Origin: Candidatus Bathyarchaeia archaeon
GTDB taxonomy: Archaea > Thermoproteota > Bathyarchaeia > 40CM-2-53-6
Assembly (NCBI GenBank): GCA_049517415.1
Contig: JBEKSC010000008.1
Location: forward strand, 22,664 to 86,663
Reading direction: 5' to 3'
Length of the DNA: 64,000 nt
Every line of letters begins with the position of its first letter. Position 1 is the stretch's first letter. The translations under genes and the position numbers were made by a program. This document shows, piece by piece, positions 41,368-51,972 of this stretch. The notes under the pieces are model-generated. The model searched no databases. It was not told the DNA's origin and worked only from the letters and a program-made list of their open reading frames with translations.

Positions 41368-41865
41368 ATGATTAATTCGAAAGTCGAAAGCGCGTTAAAC
41401 GAACAGATGAGGAAGGAGTTCTATTCTTCCTACCTGTATCTTTCAATGGCGGCACATTTTGCCTCGTTGAATCTGAAAGGATTCGCCCACTGGATGAAGA
41501 TTCAAGCTAACGAAGAGACGAAACATGCGATGAAAATTTATGAACACCTGAACGATAGGGGAGGAAAAATTATTCTACAGAAGATAGATGCGCCACCATC
41601 AAATTGGAAATCAGCTAAGGAAATATTTGCGCAGGCGTATCAGCATGAGCAGAAGGTTACTGAATCGATAAACAAGATAGTTGAACTTGCTAGGACAGAG
41701 AAGGATAACGCCACAGAAGTATTCCTGCAATGGTTCGTGAACGAACAAGTAGAAGAAGAAGCCAGCGCCGACGAGATCACAAGGAAACTGCAACTGATAG
41801 GCGACAACGCTGCTGCGCTCGTCATGCTGGATGCTGAATTCGGCAAGAGATCAGCCTCCTCATGA
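41368..41865 (+). CDS. ftnA: Non-heme ferritin
   Basis: E.YSS.LYLSMA, EE..HA.K, HEQKVT..I and FLQWFV.EQVEEE motifs. Confidence 0.95.
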   Translation: MINSKVESALNEQMRKEFYSSYLYLSMAAHFASLNLKGFAHWMKIQANEETKHAMKIYEHLNDRGGKIILQKIDAPPSNWKSAKEIFAQAYQHEQKVTESINKIVELARTEKDNATEVFLQWFVNEQVEEEASADEITRKLQLIGDNAAALVMLDAEFGKRSASS

Positions 41866-41964
41866 GTCCCTGTTCAGACTACTGATTATGCTCGGAGAAT
41901 TATTTCCAGTTGCAAAGGGTTTGCGCTAAGTAGTCGTAACTTACGGAACTGAGGGTTTGACCAA

Positions 41965-42420
41965 TCAATTGGGGTTGGTCTTCACACGCTTCGCAATCAA
42001 CCCATCAAGGCTCACTGTGAGACTTCCGTTTAGAAACAACACCGATAATGCACTCAACAGCAAAGCAGGGACCAAAGCCTCTCCGGCGTTGCCACTCAAA
42101 AGAACAGGAGTGCCGATTATCGCGAACTCGATTACTGCCCACACAGCGGCTAACCGCGTCACAAATCCCAAGAGGAAAGAAATCGCTGCAAGAGTCTCGA
42201 GGGTGGTGAAAAAATAGGTTAAAGGCACAACCATGCTTACGCCAAATAGAATCCGAACTAGACCGTTTGCTTCTGGGTGCCCGGCCGCCAGCGCTATCCA
42301 TCGTGGTATATCGGAATGTAACCAGAAAGCAGCCATAACGACTCTTAGCGCAACAAACGCAATAGTGCCCCATCCCTTAGCTCCAGCAAAAAGAAAGGCC
42401 ACAAACTTTGAATCAGTCAC
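41965..42420 (-). CDS. DoxX-family membrane protein
   Basis: LR.....F, E......LLGF.TR.AA and G....SLD motifs. Confidence 0.75.
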   Translation of the reverse strand: MTDSKFVAFLFAGAKGWGTIAFVALRVVMAAFWLHSDIPRWIALAAGHPEANGLVRILFGVSMVVPLTYFFTTLETLAAISFLLGFVTRLAAVWAVIEFAIIGTPVLLSGNAGEALVPALLLSALSVLFLNGSLTVSLDGLIAKRVKTNPN

Positions 42421-42537
42421 GTCGAAAGCACCTTATTCCTAAACCGCCCCTAGTAAATTCAGATAGGTCTATCCCCTTGAGCATTATACTTCCCAGAAAG
42501 TCAGCCAGCGGTGCATCAACTTGAAGGGAAGCCTGTG

Positions 42538-44346
42538 CTAGCTCTCGTTTTGAGTTCTTGTTAGCTTTTCCTTCGGCTCCTGTCCGAGCTCAACCTCATT
42601 TGGGGCGAGTCTATGGGTGTTCGGCGGTGGATCTGCAGCGTGCGCGCTCTTTGAAGTCTTTATTGGCACAGCCACTTGCAGCTTCTCAGCTTCTGCCCCG
42701 TAAACATACCTCTTCCCGCGAAGCGCTGATGCGGCGGAAGCCACAACAGCCAGTGCCACGTTAGAGTACAAAGCAATTCCTAGAGATGACATGAAAGCGT
42801 TAGCGATCGCTGTTGGGAACCACACTTTTCCGGTGAGCACTGCGACCGTCTGCGGCCTCAATGAGTTCGTAAGTTTCGAAGGAAGCTGGCTCAGTACCGT
42901 GCCCATTGGGTTGTAGCCTAGAAATGCCGCGAATATTGCGGCCGTCGGAGGAATCTGGGATAACGCGGAGGATAACTGTGGAGCGCCAGCCTGTGAGGCA
43001 GCTGCTGCAAGTGAAGAAGGCAGATCTCTCGATAAGACCAAGAGAACTAGGGTAAACAATATGCTAAGGCCTATGACCGAACCCGTGTTCTGTAATGTGC
43101 TCCGCATCCCCGATGCGGAGCCTCTATGCTCGGCTGGCACCGAGTTCATTACGGATGCTGTATTCGGAGAAGCAAACATACCCATGCCGAATCCCATCAG
43201 GAAAATGACCCCAGCGAAGGAAAGGTAAGCAAAGTTGTATGGGAACGTTGAAAGCAGATAGTACCCGACTGCCGTTATGAGCATACCCGCAGTCGAGAAG
43301 CCCCTCGCACCATACTTGTCGGAGAGGTAGCCGCTGAGTGGGCCCATCACCAAGAACCCCGCGGTAAACGGAAGCATATAGATCCCCGCCCATAGGGGAG
43401 TATCCTGATAATTGATGCCGTGCAGCGGCAGCCAAATCGCTTGCAGCAGTATAATGAGGAGCAGCGACACTCCACCTCTCGAAATAGACGCTAGGAAGGC
43501 GGCGAAGTTACCCGCAGCAAAGGCTCTATTCTTGAAAAGGTGCAACCGGAACATTGGGTCTTGAACACGTGTCTCGATGAACGGAAATGCAACTAGCAGT
43601 GCAACTGAACCGATGAGGCCACCTATTACCCATGGATTGCCCCATCCCATCGTCGAGGTGCCGTAAGGTAGCAACCCATAGGTTATCGCTATGAGCAAAA
43701 CCGTCAAACCCACGCCAAACGTAATGTTCCCCCACACATCGATCCTCTGTCCCTTTCGTATGGTTGCTAGCTCCTTCAACTTCCAATACGACCAGGCTGT
43801 CCCGAAAGCCCCGAATGGCACGCTGATTAGGAACACGTATCGCCAGTCATAGACAGCCAGTACACCACCAAGCACCAACCCGACAAACGAGCCTGCTAGG
43901 AAAGCTAACTGGTTGAGCCCCAATGCCTTGCCTCTCTCCTTTAGCGGAAACGCATCGGTAATGATCGCTGCGCCGTTCGAGAATAGGAAGGCACCTCCTA
44001 TTCCTTGGACGATTCTGAAGAAGATGAGTTCGATGGCTCCCAAGTTTCCAGTGTTAGGCGTCAGGTAGAGTAGCACGGAGCCGATAGTGTACACCAAGAA
44101 GCCTAGGTTGTAGAGTTTCACTCTGCCGAAGATGTCTGATATTCGACCGAAGGTGACGAGTAACGTTGCAGTTACTATGCTGTAGCCGAAGAGTATCCAG
44201 AGCAAGTATTGAAAGGACGTGAACGGGTCAATCGCGATACCTCTGAAGATGGCTGGAAGCGCAATCTCTACTATGGTGATGTCTATTGAAGCCATGAACG
44301 TGCCGAGTGTAGTGTTCGAAAGAACAACCCACTTGTACTCGACCGT
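42538..44346 (-). CDS. DHA2-type MFS efflux transporter
   Basis: GRISDIFGR and ERGKALG motifs; about 14 TM helices. The N-terminal [14 protein letters not shown] lies upstream of the first ATG (44295) and begins at ACG 44346. Confidence 0.88.
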   Translation of the reverse strand, partial: TVEYKWVVLSNTTLGTFMASIDITIVEIALPAIFRGIAIDPFTSFQYLLWILFGYSIVTATLLVTFGRISDIFGRVKLYNLGFLVYTIGSVLLYLTPNTGNLGAIELIFFRIVQGIGGAFLFSNGAAIITDAFPLKERGKALGLNQLAFLAGSFVGLVLGGVLAVYDWRYVFLISVPFGAFGTAWSYWKLKELATIRKGQRIDVWGNITFGVGLTVLLIAITYGLLPYGTSTMGWGNPWVIGGLIGSVALLVAFPFIETRVQDPMFRLHLFKNRAFAAGNFAAFLASISRGGVSLLLIILLQAIWLPLHGINYQDTPLWAGIYMLPFTAGFLVMGPLSGYLSDKYGARGFSTAGMLITAVGYYLLSTFPYNFAYLSFAGVIFLMGFGMGMFASPNTASVMNSVPAEHRGSASGMRSTLQNTGSVIGLSILFTLVLLVLSRDLPSSLAAAASQAGAPQLSSALSQIPPTAAIFAAFLGYNPMGTVLSQLPSKLTNSLRPQTVAVLTGKVWFPTAIANAFMSSLGIALYSNVALAVVASAASALRGKRYVYGAEAEKLQVAVPIKTSKSAHAADPPPNTHRLAPNEVELGQEPKEKLTRTQNES

Positions 44347-44456
44347 CGAACTTCTCCCCTGGGCCTCATGTTTGCTCCTAAGCTGGTTCCTCGATCATGA
44401 AATACGGTTCGTGCTGCCAGTGTCAAGGTAGATTATTTTACTCGAGAACTGCCGTC

Positions 44457-44915
44457 CTAACTTCGGTCCTTGGAACGTTGACCGCTTTGAGCTGCGTCCA
44501 GCATATGATCTAGGATTGTCAGGAGGCTTCGGGTCTCGTTCGAGGTTAGGTCTGCTGTGACTTTTTCAATGAACTTCTTGTATAGTCGGATTCCCATCTT
44601 GACTTCTTCTTCGCCCTTCCGTGTAATTGAGACCTTCACCACTCTTCTGTCGTATTCACTTCGAGCGCGCTCAACGAACCCTAATTCTCCCAAATGATCC
44701 ACAATACTCGTCATAGCTGCGGGCGTGATCGTCTGGTCCGTAGCTAGGTCAACCATCGGGCTAGGACCCGACACGGATAACACCTTTAGAACTCGAAATT
44801 CCCCCAGAGTAAGGCCAATCGGAGAAATGCACTTCTCCGTGAGCCTGTGCCAACGTCTGATCCTATCTGACAGTGCGTGTCCGAATTCGTATGGCTCCAA
44901 TAAGACTTGGCTCAA
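44457..44915 (-). CDS. MarR-family transcriptional regulator
   Basis: GLT..EFRVL, T.IVD.L...G.VER and DRRV..V.IT.KG motifs. Confidence 0.9.
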   Translation of the reverse strand: MSQVLLEPYEFGHALSDRIRRWHRLTEKCISPIGLTLGEFRVLKVLSVSGPSPMVDLATDQTITPAAMTSIVDHLGELGFVERARSEYDRRVVKVSITRKGEEEVKMGIRLYKKFIEKVTADLTSNETRSLLTILDHMLDAAQSGQRSKDRS

Positions 44916-44977
44916 TATGATTCCCCGTCACAATCGTCCCTTAATGCATAACTTTTAGAGTTGTTTAAATGCCGATA

Positions 44978-44991
44978 ATTAAACGTTTAAT
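44978..44991. promoter_or_regulatory. Candidate MarR operator (perfect 14-bp palindrome ATTAAACGTTTAAT)
   Basis: About 65 bp upstream of marR in an AT-rich promoter region. Confidence 0.5.
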
Positions 44992-45198
44992 CATTTAACG
45001 GCGATTGTCGGCCTAATCGTGCGGGCTCTTTCATTGCAACCGCTCTTCGCATCATCGCAAAGGGGCTCAGCTTCGCCTACCCTTACATAATCAAACCTTT
45101 ACTTGCAGCGCTAGGGATTCCAGGTTAGTCTCTAGATCATTAATGATTTGAACAACAATAAGAAACAACGAATCTTCGTGTTAAAGGGTTTTAGTGTT

Positions 45199-46266
45199 TC
45201 ATGGTTCGCGATGTTGTGCCGTACGCGAATAAAGGCCGCCGTACAATCTATCTTTACCTACGGGACTTGCTAAGAAGTCGTGAGGAAATCCCAAATCAAT
45301 TTTGCTCGCTTCATCAAGTCTGCGAAGGTGCTCGTCCGGAATCGTTACGTCGAGGCAGCTCAAATTGTCACGTATCTGGTCTAATCGGCGAGCTCCAAGT
45401 ATCGGAACAATCGAACCCGGGCGCGTACGCAGCCAGGCTAGCGCGAGTTGGGATGGGCTGGAGCCAATCTGCTTGGCAACTTCTACTACTACACGTGCTA
45501 TTGCGAGATTTCGATCGTTCGCCTTCTGGGTATTGACTGCATCTAGCCGCCTCTCAACGTGCCCTCCACTCGTCCCGCCGTTCTTCGTGGCAGGTGGGGC
45601 ATTGTTATACTTTCCAGTCAGCACGCCTGCTCCGAGCACCGCCCAAGGAGTCACCGTCATTCCGAGGCTGCGAGCCATAGGTAGAAGATCTCGTTCAGGG
45701 GTCCGTTCAATGAGACTATACTCGATTTGAAGCGCCACGAAAGGTGACCATCCGCGTAACTCCGCCAACATGTTGGCTCTACTCACGATCCACGCGGGCG
45801 TATCCGAAACACCAACGTAGAGTACTTTCCCTGACCGCACCAGATCGTCAAGCGCCCGCATGACCTCCTCAATCGGCGTCGAGAAATCCCAAGCATGCAA
45901 CCAGAATAGATCAACGTAATCTGTCCCAAGCCGTTTCAGACTTCCTTCTAGCGAACGAATCATGCTTTTGCGGTGGTTACCACCACTGTTTGGGTCACCC
46001 CTTACTGTGGGGAAGGAGTATTTTGTAGCGAGAACGAACTTGTCGCGGTCAGAACCTATCAAGCCGCCAACGATTCGTTCGCTAGTGCCATTAGTGTAAC
46101 CGTTGGCTGTGTCGATGAAATTACCACCGCGTTCTACATACCAGTTGAAGATCGCTCGACATTCTTCCTTCGAAGCACCCCAACCCCAATCCTCACCAAA
46201 CGTCATGGTACCGAGGCATAATTCAGAAACACGCAGTCCACTCGGACCAAGAAAACGAAACTTCAT
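45199..46266 (-). CDS. Aldo/keto reductase (aryl-alcohol dehydrogenase-like)
   Basis: LG.SGLRVS.LCLGTMTFG, GGNFIDTAN.Y, LATK and SL.RL.TDYVDL motifs; start trimmed to MKFRFLG. Confidence 0.92.
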   Translation of the reverse strand: MKFRFLGPSGLRVSELCLGTMTFGEDWGWGASKEECRAIFNWYVERGGNFIDTANGYTNGTSERIVGGLIGSDRDKFVLATKYSFPTVRGDPNSGGNHRKSMIRSLEGSLKRLGTDYVDLFWLHAWDFSTPIEEVMRALDDLVRSGKVLYVGVSDTPAWIVSRANMLAELRGWSPFVALQIEYSLIERTPERDLLPMARSLGMTVTPWAVLGAGVLTGKYNNAPPATKNGGTSGGHVERRLDAVNTQKANDRNLAIARVVVEVAKQIGSSPSQLALAWLRTRPGSIVPILGARRLDQIRDNLSCLDVTIPDEHLRRLDEASKIDLGFPHDFLASPVGKDRLYGGLYSRTAQHREP

Positions 46267-46470
46267 GGCATCCGTCACACTATTCACCTTGAAAGACCCC
46301 AAAAGCGAAATCAGGTTTGGTATAAGAAGCTGTTGAGTTAGCTCGATGGGCTTGTAAAAGAATGAATTGCAGTTGGGGAAACCTGGGAGACCCTGTTCTG
46401 TTCTAAGTTCACTCACGCTCTCAACGGTTTTTAGCATTCCACAACGGCGACGTCCCCCCGCGATGGAAGA

Positions 46471-46680
46471 TTACTGTTTCCGTCTAATTTCTTGGATTCT
46501 GGCGTATGATTTCCGGTTATACCGTGTACATCTCTTAACTACGTAGGCTGGGCCAGAATAGAACCCAAACCACCCGGTAAGAGCCATATCAAATGAAGGA
46601 TCTCTCATCTCTTCAAAATAGTCCGGGCATCCCTTGCATTCATCAGGGAAATCCTTAGAGCATGATACGAGTTTACTCAA
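46471..46680 (-). CDS. Small Cys-containing hypothetical protein
   Basis: TTG start after a GAGGG-like RBS; C..CxxC...C pattern. Confidence 0.4.
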   Translation of the reverse strand: MSKLVSCSKDFPDECKGCPDYFEEMRDPSFDMALTGWFGFYSGPAYVVKRCTRYNRKSYARIQEIRRKQ

Positions 46681-47011
46681 AACTCAACCCTCGACAAAGT
46701 CTCGAGCATTCTCCATAGCCCCGGCTAACGTACATGTTTGGTAGGTTCAGAGAATTGAATTTTTCCCCTAGTACTGTAATTATCGCAGGAAATCCTAGAA
46801 ACGACTCCTATCCAAGGAGTTATCATGATTATTGCTGTAGCTCATACCGGTGTTGCGAGATGCTGCAGCACGATGTCTGAGACTGTGAGTTTTGCTCAAT
46901 CTTAATCCCATTGGTCGAAGTGTTTTCGGGGGAGCAGGCCGCATTGGCTTTCGAACGAATGATGTGTGGAAAGGTTCATTTCCGGGCGGTTCTGAACGGG
47001 GGAGGGTTGTC

Positions 47012-47743
47012 ATGACTAATATCCTGAAGCTCATCGAAGAAAGGCATTCGTCGAGGGTTCCGTTCGATCGAGAGCGTCCTGTGACCAAGGAGGATTTGAG
47101 GCAGATTCTCGAGGCGGGACGCTGGGCGCCCACGGCCCACAACATGCAGAACTTCGAGACTCTCGTCATAGATGACAAGAAGCTTCTGGAGAAGATAGGA
47201 AACATCAAGTCCCCGATCTCGGAAGAGTTCATTCGGGAGAACTATCAGCAGCTCTCGTTCTCGGAAAAGGAGTTACTCCAAAAGAAGGTTGGACTCCTCG
47301 CCACCCTGTTCCCGCCGTCATGGACTGATCCTGCGAAGCTGGATGAAATCGTTCGTGGGAGCGGAGCCAGATCCCTGCAAGAAACCATTCGGGGTAGCCC
47401 GATGCTTCTGATAGTGATCTGTGACTCCAGGAAAAGAGCGCCTGCTTCGGAGGGGGATGTTTTGGGCATTATGAGCCTTGGCTGCGTTATGGAGAACATG
47501 TGGCTCATGGCCCAGTCCCTGGGGATTAGCTTTCACATAATAAGTGCCTTCAGTGCCGACGCCGTTGAGAAGGAGGTGAAGAGAATTCTCGATATTCCCC
47601 AACACATGAAAATTGCATTTGCCTGTCGCTTAGGGTATCCCATTTCTGCGCCAACTAAATACTTGAGAGTGCGGCGTGATATGGAAGATTTTGTGCACCA
47701 TAACCGGTTTGGCAACAAGCAACGTATGCTTCAAGAGCCGTAA
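47012..47743 (+). CDS. Nitroreductase-family protein
   Basis: R.S.R..F, ILEAGRWAPTAHNMQ and ENMWLMA.SLG motifs; GGAGG RBS before ATG 47012. Confidence 0.9.
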   Translation: MTNILKLIEERHSSRVPFDRERPVTKEDLRQILEAGRWAPTAHNMQNFETLVIDDKKLLEKIGNIKSPISEEFIRENYQQLSFSEKELLQKKVGLLATLFPPSWTDPAKLDEIVRGSGARSLQETIRGSPMLLIVICDSRKRAPASEGDVLGIMSLGCVMENMWLMAQSLGISFHIISAFSADAVEKEVKRILDIPQHMKIAFACRLGYPISAPTKYLRVRRDMEDFVHHNRFGNKQRMLQEP

Positions 47744-47886
47744 ATTAGGATCATCCTAGTCGAGCGCATGATCAAAGAATAGGCACCGACAATAAGTCGT
47801 TCTCGTTGTCGAATCGTCTGGCAAATGAATAGCAAATCAATAAATCGTTCGACTATTCGATACGTTGTTGAAGGGAGATTCTCAAA

Positions 47887-48816
47887 TTGAAGTTCGGCCT
47901 ACAACATCCCAACTTCACATTCGACGGCCAAGGCGCCGAGGTCGTTGAAAAGCTAAGAACACTAGCGCAGAACGCTGAGAGACTTGGCTTCGACTCGTTC
48001 TGGGTTATGGATCACTTCCACCAAATCCAAAATGTCGGCCAAGCTCAAGAACCGATGCTCGAAGGTTGGACAACCCAGGCCGTTGTTGCGGGATTGACGG
48101 AGAAAATCAAGCTCGGCACTCTCGTTACTGGAATCGTGTACAGGCATCCTTCGGTTCTCGCTAAGATAGGCGCAACTCTCGATGTCCTCAGTAAGGGTAG
48201 GCTATTCATGGGGATCGGCGCCGCCTGGAACGTGGAAGAGGCTAGAGCGTACGGAATTCCTTTTCCGCCTGTCGGTGAAAGGATGCGGCGCCTTGAGGAA
48301 GCCGCACAGATAATCAGCAAAATGTGGACTGAAGAACGTGCCTCCTTTAATGGTAAGTTCTACCAGATCCGCGATGCATACTGCAACCCGAAGCCCATCC
48401 AGAAGCCGCATCCGCCCCTAATGATCGGTGGGAGCGGAGAAAGGCGGACGCTGAAGATCGTGGCAAAGTACGCTGACGCTTGCAATATCTTCGGCTCTGT
48501 CGAGACGGTGAGACGGAAGCTCGGAGTACTTCGTGAACACTGTCGCTTAGTTGGTAGAGATTATGACTCCATACTCAAGACGAAGCTTGGCCACGTAGTC
48601 ATCGACAATAACAAGGAGAACGTCACGGAGGCTATCAAGGGCTTGCCGGAGGATAGGCGCCGGGAGTACGCCATTTATGGCACACCTGAAGAGGTACGCA
48701 AACAAATCGAAGCATTCAGAGACGTAGGGATCGAGTATCTGATCGTGAACCTCGAACCAGACAGAGAGCTTCAGGCGTTAGACCTATTCGCTAGCGAAGT
48801 TGCAAAAAAGCTCTGA
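47887..48816 (+). CDS. LLM-class (probably F420-dependent) oxidoreductase
   Basis: GFDS.WVMDHF, LGTLVTG..YRHP..LAK, LDVLS.GR and PKPIQKPHPPLMIGG.GE motifs; cofE is present in the window. Confidence 0.9.
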   Translation: MKFGLQHPNFTFDGQGAEVVEKLRTLAQNAERLGFDSFWVMDHFHQIQNVGQAQEPMLEGWTTQAVVAGLTEKIKLGTLVTGIVYRHPSVLAKIGATLDVLSKGRLFMGIGAAWNVEEARAYGIPFPPVGERMRRLEEAAQIISKMWTEERASFNGKFYQIRDAYCNPKPIQKPHPPLMIGGSGERRTLKIVAKYADACNIFGSVETVRRKLGVLREHCRLVGRDYDSILKTKLGHVVIDNNKENVTEAIKGLPEDRRREYAIYGTPEEVRKQIEAFRDVGIEYLIVNLEPDRELQALDLFASEVAKKL

Positions 48817-49024
48817 CCCGATTTCCAACTCGAGGCCATGGCTGTTGACTGGGCGATAGAACCCGGCCGTTTGTGGGTCGAATGCCTTCGTGACTATTGC
48901 CACAGCACTTGACCTGCTAGCGCCGAACTAACGATATTTCGGATTACGTGGCAAAAAATATCACCACTTACCAGAATGCCAAGAATTGATCCCAAGCGAT
49001 GATGTTGCCTCTCGATTAAACGTC

Positions 49025-49405
49025 TCAGAACTGAGCGCGTTTCAATAATTCTCTAAGAGCCTTTCGTCCGAACACTTCCGCATGCATTGCGAGAATGCCA
49101 AGCAGTCTCTCTTCCCATTCCTTCTGGGATTCCCTAATTCGTTTCGATAGTTTTGCCTGAGCTTCTCTGCCTCTGCGGGTAAGCTCGTAATACACCCTCC
49201 CTGACGACTCATCCCTTCTTGATCTTATGATTCCCCGCCGCTCCATACGACGCAAGAACGGGTAAATAGTCCCATAGCTCACCTTGATGTGGCCGCCAGC
49301 CATCTTCCTAAACCGTTCAGCCAGGTCGTACCCGTACGCTGGGCGGTTCTTCATGGCCATAAAGAACATCACTTCATAGGGCCCCGACTTAAATCCCCTG
49401 GCCAC
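49025..49405 (-). CDS. PadR-family transcriptional regulator
   Basis: P.YGYDL, GTIYP.L.RME..G and YY.LT..G motifs. Confidence 0.9.
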   Translation of the reverse strand: MARGFKSGPYEVMFFMAMKNRPAYGYDLAERFRKMAGGHIKVSYGTIYPFLRRMERRGIIRSRRDESSGRVYYELTRRGREAQAKLSKRIRESQKEWEERLLGILAMHAEVFGRKALRELLKRAQF

Positions 49406-49421
49406 AGGTTATCCCGCGGAT

Positions 49422-49470
49422 TATATCGTGTCGATATACTAAAATAAGTAGGGCAGCTATTGAATCGATA
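49422..49470. promoter_or_regulatory. Candidate PadR operator(s)
   Basis: TATATCG-TGT-CGATATA (49422-49438) and a degenerate TATTG-AAT-CGATA (49458-49470), between the divergent padR and ABC genes. Confidence 0.55.
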
Positions 49471-49511
49471 TTGAGGCACTTGAACGCAAGAAAGAGATAG
49501 GGGATGGAACA

Positions 49512-50381
49512 ATGGTCATGCAAGGGACGGAAACTCGTGCCGTCCCATTGACCACCGAGACGATGTTTCCGGAGAGTGGTGATGCCCGAGACAGGGTGTC
49601 TGACTATGCAATTGAGACTTATCGTCTAACGAAACGATTCAGCAGCTTCACCGCCGTTGACCACATTGACCTCAGCGTGCACAAGGGAGAGATTTACGGA
49701 TTTCTTGGCCCAAACGGAGCGGGAAAGACCACAGCGATAAGGATGCTTTGCACCCTGTTGACTCCCTCATCGGGAAGCGCCAAGGTTGCGGGATACGACA
49801 TTGCCCGCCAAGGGAATGAGGTCAGGAAGAAAATCGGGCTTGTTTCCGAGAAGCTGATCCTGTACCCCCGGCTGACAGCTTTCGAGAACTTGATGTTCTT
49901 TGGCAGCCTATACGAAATAGATCAGGATTCGCTGCGGAAAAGGACACACGAGCTCTTGGACATGGTTCAGCTCACCCCATTTAGGGATAAACTTGTGGGC
50001 GGTTACTCGAGTGGAATGAGACAGAGGGTTAATGTAATTCGGGCGCTGCTCCACGATCCGGAAATAATCTTCTTGGACGAACCCACGACAGCGCTTGATC
50101 CTCAGAGCACACGTTTCGTTAGGGACCTCATAAAAGAACTGAAGGAAATGGGACACACAATTGTCCTGACCACACACATAATGGAAGAAGCTGATGAACT
50201 CTCAGACAGAATTAGCATAATTGACCATGGCAAAATAATAGCGACAGACACACCTCAAGAACTGAAGAACAAATACAAATCGGACAACCTGCTTGAGGTC
50301 TTCTTGACTCTCACAGGCCGCGAATTAAGGGACTCAGCCTCAGATCGCATTCCCATGCGCAGAGTGATGGGGAGAATGTAG
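49512..50381 (+). CDS. ABC exporter ATP-binding subunit (DrrA-like)
   Basis: GPNGAGKT, YSSGMRQR, LDEPT and TTH.MEEA motifs. Confidence 0.93.
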   Translation: MVMQGTETRAVPLTTETMFPESGDARDRVSDYAIETYRLTKRFSSFTAVDHIDLSVHKGEIYGFLGPNGAGKTTAIRMLCTLLTPSSGSAKVAGYDIARQGNEVRKKIGLVSEKLILYPRLTAFENLMFFGSLYEIDQDSLRKRTHELLDMVQLTPFRDKLVGGYSSGMRQRVNVIRALLHDPEIIFLDEPTTALDPQSTRFVRDLIKELKEMGHTIVLTTHIMEEADELSDRISIIDHGKIIATDTPQELKNKYKSDNLLEVFLTLTGRELRDSASDRIPMRRVMGRM

Positions 50382-50385
50382 GCAC

Positions 50386-51597
50386 ATGCTCAGCGGACTT
50401 CGAACGTTTTCGATAGCTCTCAAGATAGCACGACGTGACCTCCTAGACTTGTGGAGGGCAAAGATGCTTCTCTTCGCGTTTCTCTTGATGCCCCTCTTGC
50501 TGATAGCGATGTTTGGATACATGTTCCCGACTACGCCGAAAGCAAACCTTGCGGTCGGCAACATACCTACAGCTTATCCCAACCTACCGGTAGCATTAAT
50601 TCAAGTAGACCAAGGTTCCCTTGCAAACGCCGTTGCGTATCAATTCGTAGACATTGCCCAGGCACAACAGTTATTCCGAGTATCGGAAATGACTAGCTAT
50701 CAGACAGCAAGGGACTGCATCGTGCGCGGTACGATTTCCGGAATCGTCGTCATACCTGATGGGTTCACAGCCGCGATTAGGGCTGGGATGCAAGCGACTG
50801 TGCAAGTAACCGTCGACGAAACCAACCCGCAGATCGCGGCGGTCGTCCAAGCTGAAATAGCTACAATCTTCGGCGTGATATCGTCGAATATTTCAGCAAC
50901 GATTATGAGGGACATGATGGGCAACCACATCAACCCGACCTTTCTTGTTGACCCAGTTTCCATTGCTCAAGTTCCGTTGATTTCTGGGCCTTCTACGACA
51001 TTCCAATTCCTCGCTCCTGGGTTTATGGCGTTAACTGTAGTCTTCGGCGCTTTGTCAGGAGTTGGTTTTTCAATATCACGAGAAAAAGAGCAAGGCACCA
51101 TGGACGGTCTTATGGTCTCCCCTATAACTAGAAGGGCGATTATTTTCGGCAAAGTCCTTTCCCAGACTGTGCGAGGATTGATCCAGGCTTTCCTAATCTT
51201 GGGACTTTCGATGCTGCTCTTCGGAGTGAGGATCTATGGGAGCCCGTTACTGATGCTGCTCACAATGCTCTTGGGAGTGGCGAGTTTTGTGGGGGTTGGG
51301 ATAATTCTCACAGTATTCGCTCCAGAACAAGAGACTGCACAAATGATAGTTATCTTGCTGCAATTTCCTATGATGTTTCTTAGCGGCATAATATTCCCCG
51401 TGACCTCGCTTCCCGGTTGGATGCAGTGGATAGGAAAAGCGATGCCACTGTACTATGCCGCTGACGCACTCAGAAAAGTAGTCATATTGAACGCCGGCCT
51501 CAACGTGATAGCAACGGATCTAATCATCCTCATTGCCTATGCGCTCATAACATTGACGGCAGCAGTACCCCTCTTCGAGAAAGCAATGACTCGTTGA
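50386..51597 (+). CDS. ABC-2 type permease
   Basis: REKEQGT, FLSG..FP...LP.W and P.YY motifs; TM helices plus an extracellular domain. Confidence 0.9.
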   Translation: MLSGLRTFSIALKIARRDLLDLWRAKMLLFAFLLMPLLLIAMFGYMFPTTPKANLAVGNIPTAYPNLPVALIQVDQGSLANAVAYQFVDIAQAQQLFRVSEMTSYQTARDCIVRGTISGIVVIPDGFTAAIRAGMQATVQVTVDETNPQIAAVVQAEIATIFGVISSNISATIMRDMMGNHINPTFLVDPVSIAQVPLISGPSTTFQFLAPGFMALTVVFGALSGVGFSISREKEQGTMDGLMVSPITRRAIIFGKVLSQTVRGLIQAFLILGLSMLLFGVRIYGSPLLMLLTMLLGVASFVGVGIILTVFAPEQETAQMIVILLQFPMMFLSGIIFPVTSLPGWMQWIGKAMPLYYAADALRKVVILNAGLNVIATDLIILIAYALITLTAAVPLFEKAMTR

Positions 51598-51972
51598 AGC
51601 GGCACGGGGTGAACGCGAAGAATATTAGCGTCGAAGAAATCGCCGAAACAGAACAGGTGAGACGGATGCTCAACTTAAGCTGGGCAACAATACTGTCGCA
51701 AGAACCCTGCCAGTAACTATCTTACGTCAGATCTTGCAAGTGCTTTGTGGATTGTTGTGTGTTTGTCTCAACTGTCGAGGTCCTGAAGGTATGGATTGAA
51801 CTCTCGAAGTCTCAACGTCTGATCGAAGATACGTTTCCCCTAAACTGGGTTTGTGCAGGACCGTACGTATCGCAAATCGTTGGCAAACCGCTGCTCGATT
51901 TCGGATGGGGAAAAGGAGCAAATTGCGTATTACGACGGAGTTCACGGCATATAATGACGGTAGCTGGTACCA

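Noticed and set aside
46267..47011. Long N-terminal extensions of the aldo/keto reductase (to 46437) and nitroreductase (from 46892)
   Set aside because: Family similarity starts at the downstream ATGs, and the nitroreductase has an RBS there.
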